The notes under the pieces: generated by a model
Databases searched by the model: none
Seen by the model: the letters and a program-made list of their open reading frames with translations, nothing else
What the model was told of the DNA's origin: nothing
Position numbers and translations under genes: made by a program
From: a bacterium
Lineage (GTDB): Bacteria; Bacillota_I; Bacilli_A; RFN20; CAG-826
Assembly: GCA_963638555.1 (NCBI GenBank)
Contig: CAVHQU010000001.1
Location: forward strand, 26,317 to 90,316
Length of the DNA: 64,000 nucleotides
Direction of reading: 5' to 3'
Shown here: piece by piece, positions 20,451 through 29,684 of the stretch
Layout: every line of letters starts with the position of its first letter
Position numbering within the stretch: the first letter of the stretch is position 1

Positions 20451-21970
20451 GTTACGTATTTATTTCAACCGAAAAGAAAGAAAAAGATTTAATTTTCGCT
20501 TATCTTGAAGCGGATGACTCTTTGAAAATCATCAATAAAAATGTTTTAAATTTTGAAAACGATAAAGATGAGATTTATGACATCTTAACAAATCCAGACA
20601 ATGGGATATTTGGCTGGTCTATTTATGATGATATTTTTAACATTTTGAATTCGTTTAATGCTACAGGAGTCGAACCTTTTGATTTTCAAGTCTTTGATGT
20701 CAGGTATATGCTTAACGTCATTTTAGCTGACACAGACAATTACGAATTGAGGAAATACATTCCTTTGTATCTTCAGGAAGACAAAGACAGTCCAAAGATT
20801 GAAAATAACCCGTATCTGATATACCAAGCATTTAAGAATTTGCTATTCGTTCTTGGAAATGGAATTGATGAATTCTTAGATAGAAGAGATTTCGATTCAT
20901 GCTTTTATTATTCTCTTGATGCGTATTATGGAGAAAAGCCTCAAGAGGGTGTTGTGGACAAGCTTAGATTGCAATATATAAAGAATCTTGAAGAAAAAGG
21001 TTTGACCCATTATGTATTTTTCGATTTTGAGTGTGCCAATTGTTTGAATGGATCGGGAAAAATTTGTGAACTCGGCGCGGTTGAGACCGACTTAGATTTC
21101 AACATTATCAAAGAGCATCATTTCCCAATAAACCCTGATAGTAAATTTCTTTTAGCAGATAGAGACGGCGTCAAAAGAATTCATCTGTATTGGGAGGCAA
21201 ATGATTATCAAGCATATAAGCAAGCCCCTAAATTAGAACATTACTACCCCTTCTTCAAGGAATTGCTAGAAGATGAACACTCGTTGAAATTCGGCCACGC
21301 GGTTGAGAATGATTTGTGGTTCTTAGCGAGTGACCTTAAAAGAAACAATTTGCCGCCAATAAGTGTTTCAGCAGTCGATACTCAAATGATGTATCGCCTT
21401 CTGATCGATGAAACCAAGGTTTCCATCGCTCTTCATAAAGCATTAATCTCTTTATGTGGCGAGGAAGAATTAGAGAAATACGATCATCATAACTCATTAG
21501 ATGATTCAAAAATGACGATGAGAATCCTTAAAGAGATGTTAAACAATAGTGGAACAACCTTACTAGAGCTTCTGAAGAATAGGACTTCATTGTTAAGAAC
21601 AGTTGAAGATACAGACTTGCTCGATAGAAATGGCAATGCATATAAATTCCCTATGCCTGATAGATTCCGTCAAATAGAACCGGCCGTCCCTGAAAGAATA
21701 TACACAGGTATCTACTCGATTGGCTTAGGCGATAGGCTAATTAAGGAAGCAGTCTATCAAGACTACGATAAAGCACATATGGGTGCCTTTGATGGAAAGA
21801 AATACCTATTTTCTAAGAGTTATAGGTACCTTGATATAGAAACTATTAAAGAAACAATTTCAAAATTAAGAAAAGAAGGAAAAATCATTACAAACGATTA
21901 TTCACAAGCCAATTTCGTTGTTGATCCTAAAGGTGAAATTGTGATTCATAGAAGAGAGAAACATCGCTAA
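20447..21970 (+). CDS. DEDDh (DnaQ-like) 3'-5' exonuclease domain protein with uncharacterised N- and C-terminal extensions
   Basis: Exo I FFDFECAN, Exo II GHAVENDLWFL, Exo III YDHHNSLDDS in the middle third of a 507-aa protein. ATGA start-stop overlap with the LytTR regulator gene. Confidence 0.7.
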   Translation: MSYVFISTEKKEKDLIFAYLEADDSLKIINKNVLNFENDKDEIYDILTNPDNGIFGWSIYDDIFNILNSFNATGVEPFDFQVFDVRYMLNVILADTDNYELRKYIPLYLQEDKDSPKIENNPYLIYQAFKNLLFVLGNGIDEFLDRRDFDSCFYYSLDAYYGEKPQEGVVDKLRLQYIKNLEEKGLTHYVFFDFECANCLNGSGKICELGAVETDLDFNIIKEHHFPINPDSKFLLADRDGVKRIHLYWEANDYQAYKQAPKLEHYYPFFKELLEDEHSLKFGHAVENDLWFLASDLKRNNLPPISVSAVDTQMMYRLLIDETKVSIALHKALISLCGEEELEKYDHHNSLDDSKMTMRILKEMLNNSGTTLLELLKNRTSLLRTVEDTDLLDRNGNAYKFPMPDRFRQIEPAVPERIYTGIYSIGLGDRLIKEAVYQDYDKAHMGAFDGKKYLFSKSYRYLDIETIKETISKLRKEGKIITNDYSQANFVVDPKGEIVIHRREKHR

Positions 21971-22034
21971 AATTCATTAATTTTTATTCTTTTAAGAATA
22001 TAATTATCAAGTTAATGGTTTTTAGGAGGGAAAT

Positions 22035-22619
22035 ATGTATCAAGAGTTACAAAAAGGTTGGATTGAACTTATCGTCGGTCCAATGTTCGCTGGAAAAAGT
22101 GAAGAATTAATTCGTAGAGTTAAGACCTTATCATATACAAAAATGAAAATCATCGCGTTTAAGCCCGCGATTGATGATCGTTATGATAAGACCGCCATAT
22201 CTTCTCATGATGGCGCTAAATATGAAGCATATGCAATCAAAGAAGCTAAATCCATTATGGAATTAGTCAAAGATGATACGCAAGTTGTGGCAATAGACGA
22301 AGTTCAATTCTTCGATATGTCTATCGTCTCTATATGCGAAACCTTAGCAAATAGAGGAATACGTGTCATTGCGGCAGGGCTTGATTTGGATTTTAGAGGC
22401 GAGCCATTTGGGCCTATGCCTGAGTTGTTAGCAAGAGCGGAGTTCGTTACAAAATTATCTGCCGTATGCGTTTGCTGTGGATGCGCTGCAACTAGAACCC
22501 AAAGATTAATAAATGGAGAGCCTGCTTATTATGATGATCCAATAATTCAGGTTGGTGCAAAAGAAAACTACGAAGCTAGATGTAGAAAACATCACATAGT
22601 TAAAATAAGAGGAAGATAA
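22035..22619 (+). CDS. tdk: Thymidine kinase
   Basis: P-loop [12 protein letters not shown]-terminal Zn-ribbon cysteines CVCCGC. RBS TAGGAGGGAAATATG. Confidence 0.9.
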   Translation: MYQELQKGWIELIVGPMFAGKSEELIRRVKTLSYTKMKIIAFKPAIDDRYDKTAISSHDGAKYEAYAIKEAKSIMELVKDDTQVVAIDEVQFFDMSIVSICETLANRGIRVIAAGLDLDFRGEPFGPMPELLARAEFVTKLSAVCVCCGCAATRTQRLINGEPAYYDDPIIQVGAKENYEARCRKHHIVKIRGR

Positions 22620-22633
22620 TTCCCTCTTTTTTT
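22607..22633 (+). terminator. Rho-independent terminator of tdk
   Basis: AAGAGG-(9 nt loop)-CCTCTT followed by TTTTTTT. The tdk stop codon lies in the loop. Confidence 0.7.
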
Positions 22634-22714
22634 AATTTTGATGCTTCTTTGAAAACTCTTTTGTGATCTTTTATTTCACCAAATAACTAAAAAAATTAAA
22701 CATACACATAACAA

Positions 22715-22745
22715 ATAAAAAGAAAACAGCCAAATTAATGGCTGT
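22715..22745 (-). terminator. Terminator candidate downstream of the minus-strand lipoprotein gene
   Basis: ACAGCCA-AATTAA-TGGCTGT hairpin preceded on the plus strand by AAAAAGAAA, which is a T-run on the minus strand. Confidence 0.45.
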
Positions 22746-22761
22746 AAGAGATTAGAGACGT

Positions 22762-23493
22762 TTATTTGCTTGGATATATGTATTCCACACTATTCCAAGT
22801 ATAAACAATATTAAGAGTTGCGGATGAATTAGGACCTATATCATTTACGGTTGTTTTCGTAGGCAAATAATTTTCAAACTCAATGGTTTCCTCAATCGAA
22901 GTGAATTCGGCTGAAGAATTATTTGCTGTGCCATTGATAACGAGTTTAAATGATGAATCATTAATCTTTGTAAAATTTAATGTATATTCATATCCATCTT
23001 CGTTTGTTCCAGCATACAACGCATCAATCTCATCATAAGTGTTTGTGACAAGTTCTTTGATGGAATCTTTCGTGATTGAGCTTGAAGTGGCAATCTCGTC
23101 AAATGCAGTTGTAAATTCCTCTTCTGTAGCATATGTTGTGGTATTGCTAATGCCCATTGTGGATGTTACATAGAAATATTCTCCATCTTTTTCGTAATAC
23201 CACGTTTCAGCATCTATGCCTAAAGCATTTGCCTTTGTGTAAAAATATCTATTCCCAACCGTTGTATCAAAACGGACGTCACCTGTGATAGTAAGTGTCG
23301 TAGAATCAAAGGTTGTAACAATTTCCGTGGTCATAGAACCTTTTGATGGGGCTAGAAACGAGTCTTTTGCCACTTCTTCTTTCATGGCTGCAAGTTGATT
23401 CTTTGCATTTGTTTCGTCTGATGCCTTGTTATTGTCACACGCACATAACATAAAGGCAGGCAAAACAAATAGCATCTTTAAGGACTTCTTCAT
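22762..23493 (-). CDS. Lipoprotein, function unknown
   Basis: MKKSLKMLFVLPAFMLCACDNN signal with lipobox. Ser/Thr-rich mature protein. Confidence 0.6.
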   Translation of the reverse strand: MKKSLKMLFVLPAFMLCACDNNKASDETNAKNQLAAMKEEVAKDSFLAPSKGSMTTEIVTTFDSTTLTITGDVRFDTTVGNRYFYTKANALGIDAETWYYEKDGEYFYVTSTMGISNTTTYATEEEFTTAFDEIATSSSITKDSIKELVTNTYDEIDALYAGTNEDGYEYTLNFTKINDSSFKLVINGTANNSSAEFTSIEETIEFENYLPTKTTVNDIGPNSSATLNIVYTWNSVEYIYPSK

Positions 23494-23584
23494 ATTTATT
23501 TTCCTCTCCTAAGCATTTGTATTTTACAAGAAAAGTCAATTCATTAAAACTTTTTTAAAAATGCATACACGCATGCCTTGTTCT

Positions 23585-23621
23585 TAAAGAAAAAGCCTTA
23601 AGGAGGCACATCCCTAAGGCT
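23585..23621 (-). terminator. Terminator of the hexuronate operon (after kdgK)
   Basis: AGCCTTAAGG-AGGCACAT-CCCTAAGGCT hairpin flanked by AAAGAAAAA on the plus strand, which is a T-run on the minus strand. Confidence 0.55.
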
Positions 23622-23643
23622 TCATATATATTTAGGAGGACAA

Positions 23644-24660
23644 TTATCTTTGGACACGACCAGAACCATCTCCACCGGCAAGTTTGTTAACTTCATCAAC
23701 GCTGACAAAGTTGTAGTCGCCTTCGATGGAATGTTTTAAGGCAGAGGCTGCGATTGCAAATTCGATTGCAGCTTGTGGTTCATAATTATTCATTAAGGAA
23801 TAGATTAAGCCACCAGCAAATGAATCACCACCACCAACGCGATCAACGATATGGAGGTTGTATTCTTTTGACATATAAGCATTGCCGTCATAAATCATAC
23901 CGCACCACTTATTGTCTGTTGCAGAGATAGATGTTCTCATTGTAATGCAGACATACTTGAATCCAAATTTGTCTTTTAATTGCTTTGCAACGGAGATATA
24001 TCCATCTTTGTTGAGTTTGCCAGAAGATGTATCGGTTGCTTCGGCTTTGATTCCGAAGACGTCGTTTGCATCATCTTCATTTCCGATAAGGACATCAACA
24101 TATTGCATGAATTCACTCATGACTTCTTTGGCTTTTGCTTTTGACCAAAGCTTGCTACGGTAATTAAGGTCACAAGAGACAGTAACACCATGTTTCTTAC
24201 AAGCTTTCAAGGCTTGACGTGTTATTTCAACGACGTTATCGCCCAAAGCTGGTGTGATGCCAGAGAAATGGAACCAAGTAACACCTTCTAAGATGCTATC
24301 CCAATCATATTCATCAGGATTGGAAAGAGCGAAAGCGGAATTGGCACGATCATAGATAACCTTAGAAGGTCTTTGGGAAGCGCCTTTTTCAAGGAAGTAG
24401 ATTCCTAAACGATCTCCACCACGAACGATCTTGCTTGTATCAACGCCATATCTTCTTAAAGAATTTAAGGCTGCTTGACCAATTTCATGGGATGGGAGTT
24501 TGCTAACGAAAGCAGCATCAATGCCATAATTGGCTAAAGAAACCGCAACGTTTGCCTCACCACCGCCAAATGTTGCTTCTAAGTGATCACATTGGACAAA
24601 ACGGAGATAGTTGTCTGGTTGGAGACGTAACATTAATTCGCCTAAAGTAACAGCTTTCAT
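23644..24660 (-). CDS. kdgK: 2-dehydro-3-deoxygluconokinase (PfkB family)
   Basis: GGGEANVAVSLANYG and PfkB signature GGGDSFAGGLI. Sits in the uxuA-uxaC-eda context. Confidence 0.8.
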   Translation of the reverse strand: MKAVTLGELMLRLQPDNYLRFVQCDHLEATFGGGEANVAVSLANYGIDAAFVSKLPSHEIGQAALNSLRRYGVDTSKIVRGGDRLGIYFLEKGASQRPSKVIYDRANSAFALSNPDEYDWDSILEGVTWFHFSGITPALGDNVVEITRQALKACKKHGVTVSCDLNYRSKLWSKAKAKEVMSEFMQYVDVLIGNEDDANDVFGIKAEATDTSSGKLNKDGYISVAKQLKDKFGFKYVCITMRTSISATDNKWCGMIYDGNAYMSKEYNLHIVDRVGGGDSFAGGLIYSLMNNYEPQAAIEFAIAASALKHSIEGDYNFVSVDEVNKLAGGDGSGRVQR

Positions 24661-24661
24661 T

Positions 24662-25276
24662 TTATTTTCCTCTTACAAGCTCTACAGCTTTTTTTGTTTT
24701 TTCTTCGATTTCTTCGAAGGATCCTTTCATCATCCAGGAACCGCCACATGCAAGGATGTGAGGATATTCAAGATATTCAAGGATGTTATCTTCGTTAACA
24801 CCACCTGTTGGCATGAAGGTAACTTGTGGGAATGGGCCATTTAAGGCTTTGATGGTCTTTAAGCCACCGTAGTTTGAAGCAGGGAAGAACTTAAGAGTTG
24901 TTAAGCCAAGTTCTAATGCTTCCATAATTTCTGTTGGAGTGACACAACCTGGAAGGTAAGGAATGTTATGAGCCTTACAAACGTTATAGACAGAAGCGGA
25001 TAAGCCAGGGGAGACAATGAATTTTGCTCCGACAGAGATTGCTTCTTCTGCTTGAGCGGCGTTGATGACTGTTCCAGCACCAATTAAGGCTTCTGGGAAT
25101 TTTTCAACCGCAACTTTGATAGCGTCTTTTGCACAAGCCGTGCGGAAGGTAATTTCAGCAACTGGAAGTCCACCTTTGACTAAGGCTTCCATAGTTGGAA
25201 TAGCATCTTCAATCTTGTTGATTGCGACAACAGGAACAATGCGATATTGTTTGATTTGTTCTAATACTTTTTCCAT
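24662..25276 (-). CDS. eda: KDPG / KHG aldolase
   Basis: 204 aa with an Eda-family TIM-barrel sequence. Adjacent to kdgK. Confidence 0.8.
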   Translation of the reverse strand: MEKVLEQIKQYRIVPVVAINKIEDAIPTMEALVKGGLPVAEITFRTACAKDAIKVAVEKFPEALIGAGTVINAAQAEEAISVGAKFIVSPGLSASVYNVCKAHNIPYLPGCVTPTEIMEALELGLTTLKFFPASNYGGLKTIKALNGPFPQVTFMPTGGVNEDNILEYLEYPHILACGGSWMMKGSFEEIEEKTKKAVELVRGK

Positions 25277-25278
25277 AT

Positions 25279-26604
25279 TTATTCTCCTAAGAGATTTTTA
25301 ATGTTGTTATATGCAACATTCTTTGCAAGTATTTTAGCGTTTTCTAACGAATATTCACCCGCATCAACTTTTTCACCTAAGAAGGTAGAAAGGATTCTTC
25401 TAAAGAAGTCAAATCTTGAATATGATGAGAATGATCTAGAATCTGTTAACATGCCTAAGTTTGTTCCAAAAAGGGAATACTCAGAGATGATTTCGAGATT
25501 TCTTCTAATTCCTAAGAGAGTATCGTTGAACCACCACGCAGCACCGACTAAGACATTACGGAATGCGCCAGTTATTGTTGCGACTTCTCTAAGCATTTCT
25601 GGATTTAAGGAATAGAGAATGATGGTTGGTCTTTCTTCGTCAGAGATAGAATCAAGGAAATTAATCATGTTTTGGAGGTTAACGCCTTCAGAAATGACAT
25701 CGAATCCTGCATCAGCTCCAACCTTTTTAAACATTGGCGTGTTGATGTTTCTTGTGACGGAGAAGTGAATTTGAACGATGAGATCTCTCTTCTTATATTC
25801 TTTCATCAAGAAGACGAGGAGATATCCAAAGAGGGAATCAAGTTCTTCTTCATTAAGTGAATCTCTCTTGAGATAGAGGGATTTTGCTTCAGAATATGTT
25901 GCAATGTGCTTTGGGAAATTTCTGAAACCATGGTCGGTTATTTTGCAGCCTTTTGACTTGAAGAAATCTAATCTTTCTTCTAAGGCTTTTTGGAATAAAT
26001 CCAAATCAGACAATTCATAACCGACTACTTTGCCTAATTCGCTGATATACTTGGAATCGAAGTTATATAACTTATCAGGTCTGAAAGTAGGAGTGACATT
26101 TGTTTGGCCCACTTGTCCATGATCACAAAGGTCTTCCGTTGGATCGTTGGTTGTAGCGACAAATTCAACATTGAAGAGTTTTAAGAGCTTCTGAACGGAG
26201 AGAGTTTTAAGAACTTTGTTAGCTTCAGCATAGATTTCTTCTGCGCTATCTGCATTAAGTTCTTTGTTGATTCCGAAGACTTGTTGAAGTTCGAAATGTG
26301 TCCAATAATAGAGAGGATTTCCAATCAACAGAGGCATGATAGAAGCATATTTGATGAATTTATCATGGAAAGAGGCGTTGCCAGTGATGTACTCTTCCGG
26401 AACGCCGGCCATTCTCATCGCTCTCCATTTGTAATGATCACCAGCCAACCAAAGTTGACCGATATCTTCAAAGGTAGAGTCAACTTTGATTTTGTGTTGA
26501 TCAAGGTGGCAATGGTAGTCAATAATTGGAAGGTTCTTAATCTCTTGGTATATTTCTTTGCTTGCGTCTCCTTTTAAGAGAACATCTTTGCTAAAGAATT
26601 CCAT
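25279..26604 (-). CDS. uxaC: Glucuronate (uronate) isomerase
   Basis: N-terminal KDVLLKGDASKEIYQEIKNLPIIDYHCHL is typical of UxaC. Length 441 aa. Confidence 0.9.
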   Translation of the reverse strand: MEFFSKDVLLKGDASKEIYQEIKNLPIIDYHCHLDQHKIKVDSTFEDIGQLWLAGDHYKWRAMRMAGVPEEYITGNASFHDKFIKYASIMPLLIGNPLYYWTHFELQQVFGINKELNADSAEEIYAEANKVLKTLSVQKLLKLFNVEFVATTNDPTEDLCDHGQVGQTNVTPTFRPDKLYNFDSKYISELGKVVGYELSDLDLFQKALEERLDFFKSKGCKITDHGFRNFPKHIATYSEAKSLYLKRDSLNEEELDSLFGYLLVFLMKEYKKRDLIVQIHFSVTRNINTPMFKKVGADAGFDVISEGVNLQNMINFLDSISDEERPTIILYSLNPEMLREVATITGAFRNVLVGAAWWFNDTLLGIRRNLEIISEYSLFGTNLGMLTDSRSFSSYSRFDFFRRILSTFLGEKVDAGEYSLENAKILAKNVAYNNIKNLLGE

Positions 26605-26607
26605 AGA

Positions 26608-27459
26608 TCATACTCCGCTATAAGCGCTGAAACCGCCATCAATTGGAAGGACGACGCCAGTGATGAAGGAAGCAGCTTCGCTATTAGAAAGGAATAAGAC
26701 TGCGCCTAAGAGTTCGTCTGGTGTACCAAATCTTCCCATTGGCGTGTTGTTAAGAATCTTGTGGGTTCTTTCAGTTGGCGTGCCATCTGGGTTCCATAAT
26801 AAGGCAGCGTTTTGGGCTGTGGAGAAGAAACCTGGAGCAATGGCATTGACTCTGATACCAGTCTTTGCGAAGTGTGTTGCTAACCATTTTGTGAAGTTAG
26901 AGACGCCTGCTTTGGCAGAGCTATATGCTGGAATCTTTGTTAATGGGGTGAAAGCATTCATGGAAGAGATGTTGAGAATTGAACATCCTTCTTTGCCGAT
27001 CATATCAACAGCAAAAATTTGTGTTGGTAAGAGAGTTCCTAAGATGTTGAGATTGAAAACAAATTGGAAGCCTTCGCTCTTTAAATCAAAGAAAGAGATT
27101 GTGGTCTCGTCAACTTTTTCTTCATAGAATTCTTGGGTTGTGGAAGCTTTTGGGGAGTTTCCGCCAGCACCGTTGATGAGAATGTCGCATTTGCCGAAAT
27201 CAGCAATAATTTGTTGATGGGCTTTTTCAAGGGATTCTTTATCAAGGACATTTGCTTCATATCCTTTTGCGTTGCCACCAAGTTTTCTGATTTCTTCAGC
27301 TTTTGCTTCAGCAGCAGATAAATGTAAGTCTAAAAGAGCGACTTTAGCATGGCAAAGGGCGAATGCTCTAGCCATTTCAGAGCAAAGGACACCGCCTGCT
27401 CCAGTAATAACGACGACTTTGTCTGTGTAATCGACGTATAAAGGTAAATTCTTTTCCAT
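26608..27459 (-). CDS. SDR-family oxidoreductase, probably the SDR-type fructuronate/mannonate reductase of the hexuronate pathway
   Basis: TGAGGVLCSEMARAFA cofactor motif and YSSAKAG (YxxxK). Positioned between uxuA and uxaC. Confidence 0.7.
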   Translation of the reverse strand: MEKNLPLYVDYTDKVVVITGAGGVLCSEMARAFALCHAKVALLDLHLSAAEAKAEEIRKLGGNAKGYEANVLDKESLEKAHQQIIADFGKCDILINGAGGNSPKASTTQEFYEEKVDETTISFFDLKSEGFQFVFNLNILGTLLPTQIFAVDMIGKEGCSILNISSMNAFTPLTKIPAYSSAKAGVSNFTKWLATHFAKTGIRVNAIAPGFFSTAQNAALLWNPDGTPTERTHKILNNTPMGRFGTPDELLGAVLFLSNSEAASFITGVVLPIDGGFSAYSGV

Positions 27460-27483
27460 TATTTTAACTCCTTATAAAGTTTT

Positions 27484-28527
27484 TTATTTTCCGAAGCGGG
27501 TTGCTGCTTCGAATAATCCGTTGATATAAGCACAGCCTAAGGCTCTATCATATAAGCCATAGCCTGGTTTTTGATCCTCGCCCCAGATGTTTCTACCATG
27601 ATCTGGTCTAACATATCCGTCAAATCCATTATCAACTAAGTTTTTGACGATTAAGGCCATATCAAGCGAACCATATCCGGAGAAATGTCCTACTTCCGTG
27701 AATGAATCCTTGTCATCTGTGTACTTAACATTTCTAAGATGGGCGAAGTAGATACGTCCTTCTTTAGCATATTTAGCAGCCATGTGTGGAAGATCATTGT
27801 TTCTTCCTGCGCCAAATGAGCCAGTGCAGAATGTTAAGCCATTGTGGATATCTGGAACGGCTGCAAAGAGCTTATCAAGATCTTCTTCTGAAGAAATGAT
27901 TCTTGGAAGACCGAAGACATCCCATGGTGGATCATCTGGATGGATGGCCATATTGATGCCATATTGATCACAGATTGGCATGATTTGTTTCAAGAAATAG
28001 ACAAGATTGTTGAACAATTGCTCGTGAGAGATATTCTTGTATGTTTCAAGTAAGGCTTGAAGTTCATCTGGTGAATACGATTCATCCCAGCCTGGTAAGT
28101 GAAGGTTATGTGGATCGACCTTGTCGAAATCATCGCGAGAATAAGAAAGGGCATTTGAGCCATCAAATAAAACGTGATGCATATCCGTTCTTAACCAATC
28201 GAAGACAGGCATGAAGTTGTAACAGACGACTTTGACACCGTTTTTAGCACATAATTCAAGGTTTTTCTTGAATGCTTCGATGTGTTCGTCTCTTTTTGCA
28301 GAGCCCATCTTGATATCTTCAGATACTGGAATGGATTCAATAACTTCCATCTTAAGACCATTCTTTTCGCAAGCATCTTTTAATTTAAGAAGAGAAGATT
28401 CTTCCCAAACTTCACCTGCTTTTTTGTCATAGACGGAGGTAACAATTGTCGACATATTTGGAATTTGTCGAATGTGTTCTAGAGGTATGGAATCATTTAA
28501 GCCATACCAACGAAATGAGAGTTTCAT
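27484..28527 (-). CDS. uxuA: Mannonate dehydratase
   Basis: MKLSFRWYGLNDSIPLEHIRQIPNMSTIVTSVYD N-terminus, typical of UxuA. First gene of the operon. Confidence 0.9.
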   Translation of the reverse strand: MKLSFRWYGLNDSIPLEHIRQIPNMSTIVTSVYDKKAGEVWEESSLLKLKDACEKNGLKMEVIESIPVSEDIKMGSAKRDEHIEAFKKNLELCAKNGVKVVCYNFMPVFDWLRTDMHHVLFDGSNALSYSRDDFDKVDPHNLHLPGWDESYSPDELQALLETYKNISHEQLFNNLVYFLKQIMPICDQYGINMAIHPDDPPWDVFGLPRIISSEEDLDKLFAAVPDIHNGLTFCTGSFGAGRNNDLPHMAAKYAKEGRIYFAHLRNVKYTDDKDSFTEVGHFSGYGSLDMALIVKNLVDNGFDGYVRPDHGRNIWGEDQKPGYGLYDRALGCAYINGLFEAATRFGK

Positions 28528-28584
28528 GGTTTTGTTCTCCTAAAGTAACCGAGTATATTGTAACCCTATTAGAATGTTCTTAAA

Positions 28585-28616
28585 TTGCAATATTTAATTT
28601 AAATGTTTGCAAATAT
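28585..28616. promoter_or_regulatory. Operator-like element TTGCAATAT-N13-TTGCAAATAT in the uxuA/araC divergent promoter region
   Basis: Half-site TTGCAATAT shared with the two elements at 28689-28716 and 29564-29591. Confidence 0.4.
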
Positions 28617-28688
28617 CGTTTTTTGATAACGCTTACATTTTTTCAAGAGGCAAAAAACTTAAACTTTATGGGCTTTTTCTTAAAGTTT

Positions 28689-28716
28689 TTGCAATATTTG
28701 ATATTTTATATTGCAT
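28689..28716. promoter_or_regulatory. Palindromic operator-like element TTGCAATAT-N10-ATATTGCAT upstream of the AraC-family regulator gene
   Basis: 15-mer TTTTTGCAATATTTG identical to the copy upstream of the GH2 gene. Two-fold symmetric half-sites with a 10-bp spacer. Confidence 0.45.
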
Positions 28717-28768
28717 TTTATATTTTTTGGCTTTATTGTTTATTTGTAAAATAAAACGGAGAAGAAAC

Positions 28769-29557
28769 ATGTTCTCATTTACAGACAAAGATATCGATAT
28801 AGCTCATAAGTTAGATTACGCCTCATCACCAAAAGATGAATATAACAAGCACATGCATACATTCTATGAACTTCTTCTTTTTGTTCGTGGGGACGTTACC
28901 TACCACGTTGAATCCGAATCAAGGCATCTTGAACCTGGCGATATCATCCTTATGACACCAGGCAAGTTTCATTTTGCCACCGTTAATAAAGATGTTTCAT
29001 ATGAGAGATATGTTTTCAAATTTCCAACTAGCTTAGTTCCACAAAACATTCAAGATAGATTAAAGAATGCTTTTGCTTTTTATTCTTCGAAAAGAAATGT
29101 TGAAAGCTGCGTTAGGTCTTTTGACACCTTCTACGATTCATTTAACGACCAAGATTTGTATCTTCTTTCTGAATGCAAAATTAAAGAGATGCTTATTTAT
29201 TTAGCGAACACAAGAGAATCCGCGCCTGAATATGAGAAGAACGATGTTATACGTGTTCTTGTTGATTATATAGAAGAGCACATCAAAGAAGATTTAACCT
29301 TGGAAAATATCGCAGCAAACTTGCATTATTCAGAATCATATCTCTCAAATCAGTTCAAGAAAGCAATGAAATGTTCCTTGATGAAATACATCCGTTCTAA
29401 GAAAATTGTCATCGCTCAGCAAATGATAAGAGATGGCATGAAAGCCGTCGACGTTGCCGAAGAACTTTCTTTCTCTGATTACTCCACCTTCTATAGAAGT
29501 TACAAAAAGGTTGCCTCAGTTAACCCAAATAGTGATAGAAGAGTAAAGAAACTTTAA
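28769..29557 (+). CDS. AraC-family transcriptional regulator (cupin sensor domain + AraC HTH)
   Basis: C-terminal HTH LHYSESYLSNQFKK...IRSKKIVIAQQMI. Start moved to MFSFTDKD (ATG at 28769 after GGAGAAGAAAC). The ORF-track N-terminal 54 aa is hydrophobic junk that overlaps the promoter repeats. Confidence 0.8.
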   Translation: MFSFTDKDIDIAHKLDYASSPKDEYNKHMHTFYELLLFVRGDVTYHVESESRHLEPGDIILMTPGKFHFATVNKDVSYERYVFKFPTSLVPQNIQDRLKNAFAFYSSKRNVESCVRSFDTFYDSFNDQDLYLLSECKIKEMLIYLANTRESAPEYEKNDVIRVLVDYIEEHIKEDLTLENIAANLHYSESYLSNQFKKAMKCSLMKYIRSKKIVIAQQMIRDGMKAVDVAEELSFSDYSTFYRSYKKVASVNPNSDRRVKKL

Positions 29558-29563
29558 TTATTT

Positions 29564-29591
29564 TTGCAATATTTGGTAATTGATATTGCAA
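29564..29591. promoter_or_regulatory. Palindromic operator-like element TTGCAATAT-N10-ATATTGCAA upstream of the GH2 gene
   Basis: Perfect inverted half-sites. Shares the 15-mer TTTTTGCAATATTTG with the 28686-28700 copy. Confidence 0.45.
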
Positions 29592-29684
29592 TTAAAAGCG
29601 CTTACTTAATAACTTAAAATCAATCTACTTGTTTTAAATCTTATATATAAAGACGAGTATGATAAACACATAGGAGGAATGTTT

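Noticed and set aside
21985-22000. Palindrome TATTCTT-TT-AAGAATA after the exonuclease gene
   Set aside because: The loop is too short for a stable hairpin and no T-run follows. It may be a protein site overlapping the tdk -10 (TATAAT 21999-22004), but this is unsupported.
28607-28768. N-terminal 54-aa extension of the AraC-family ORF in the six-frame track
   Set aside because: Hydrophobic, low-complexity translation of the AT-rich promoter region. A proper RBS and ATG lie at 28769.
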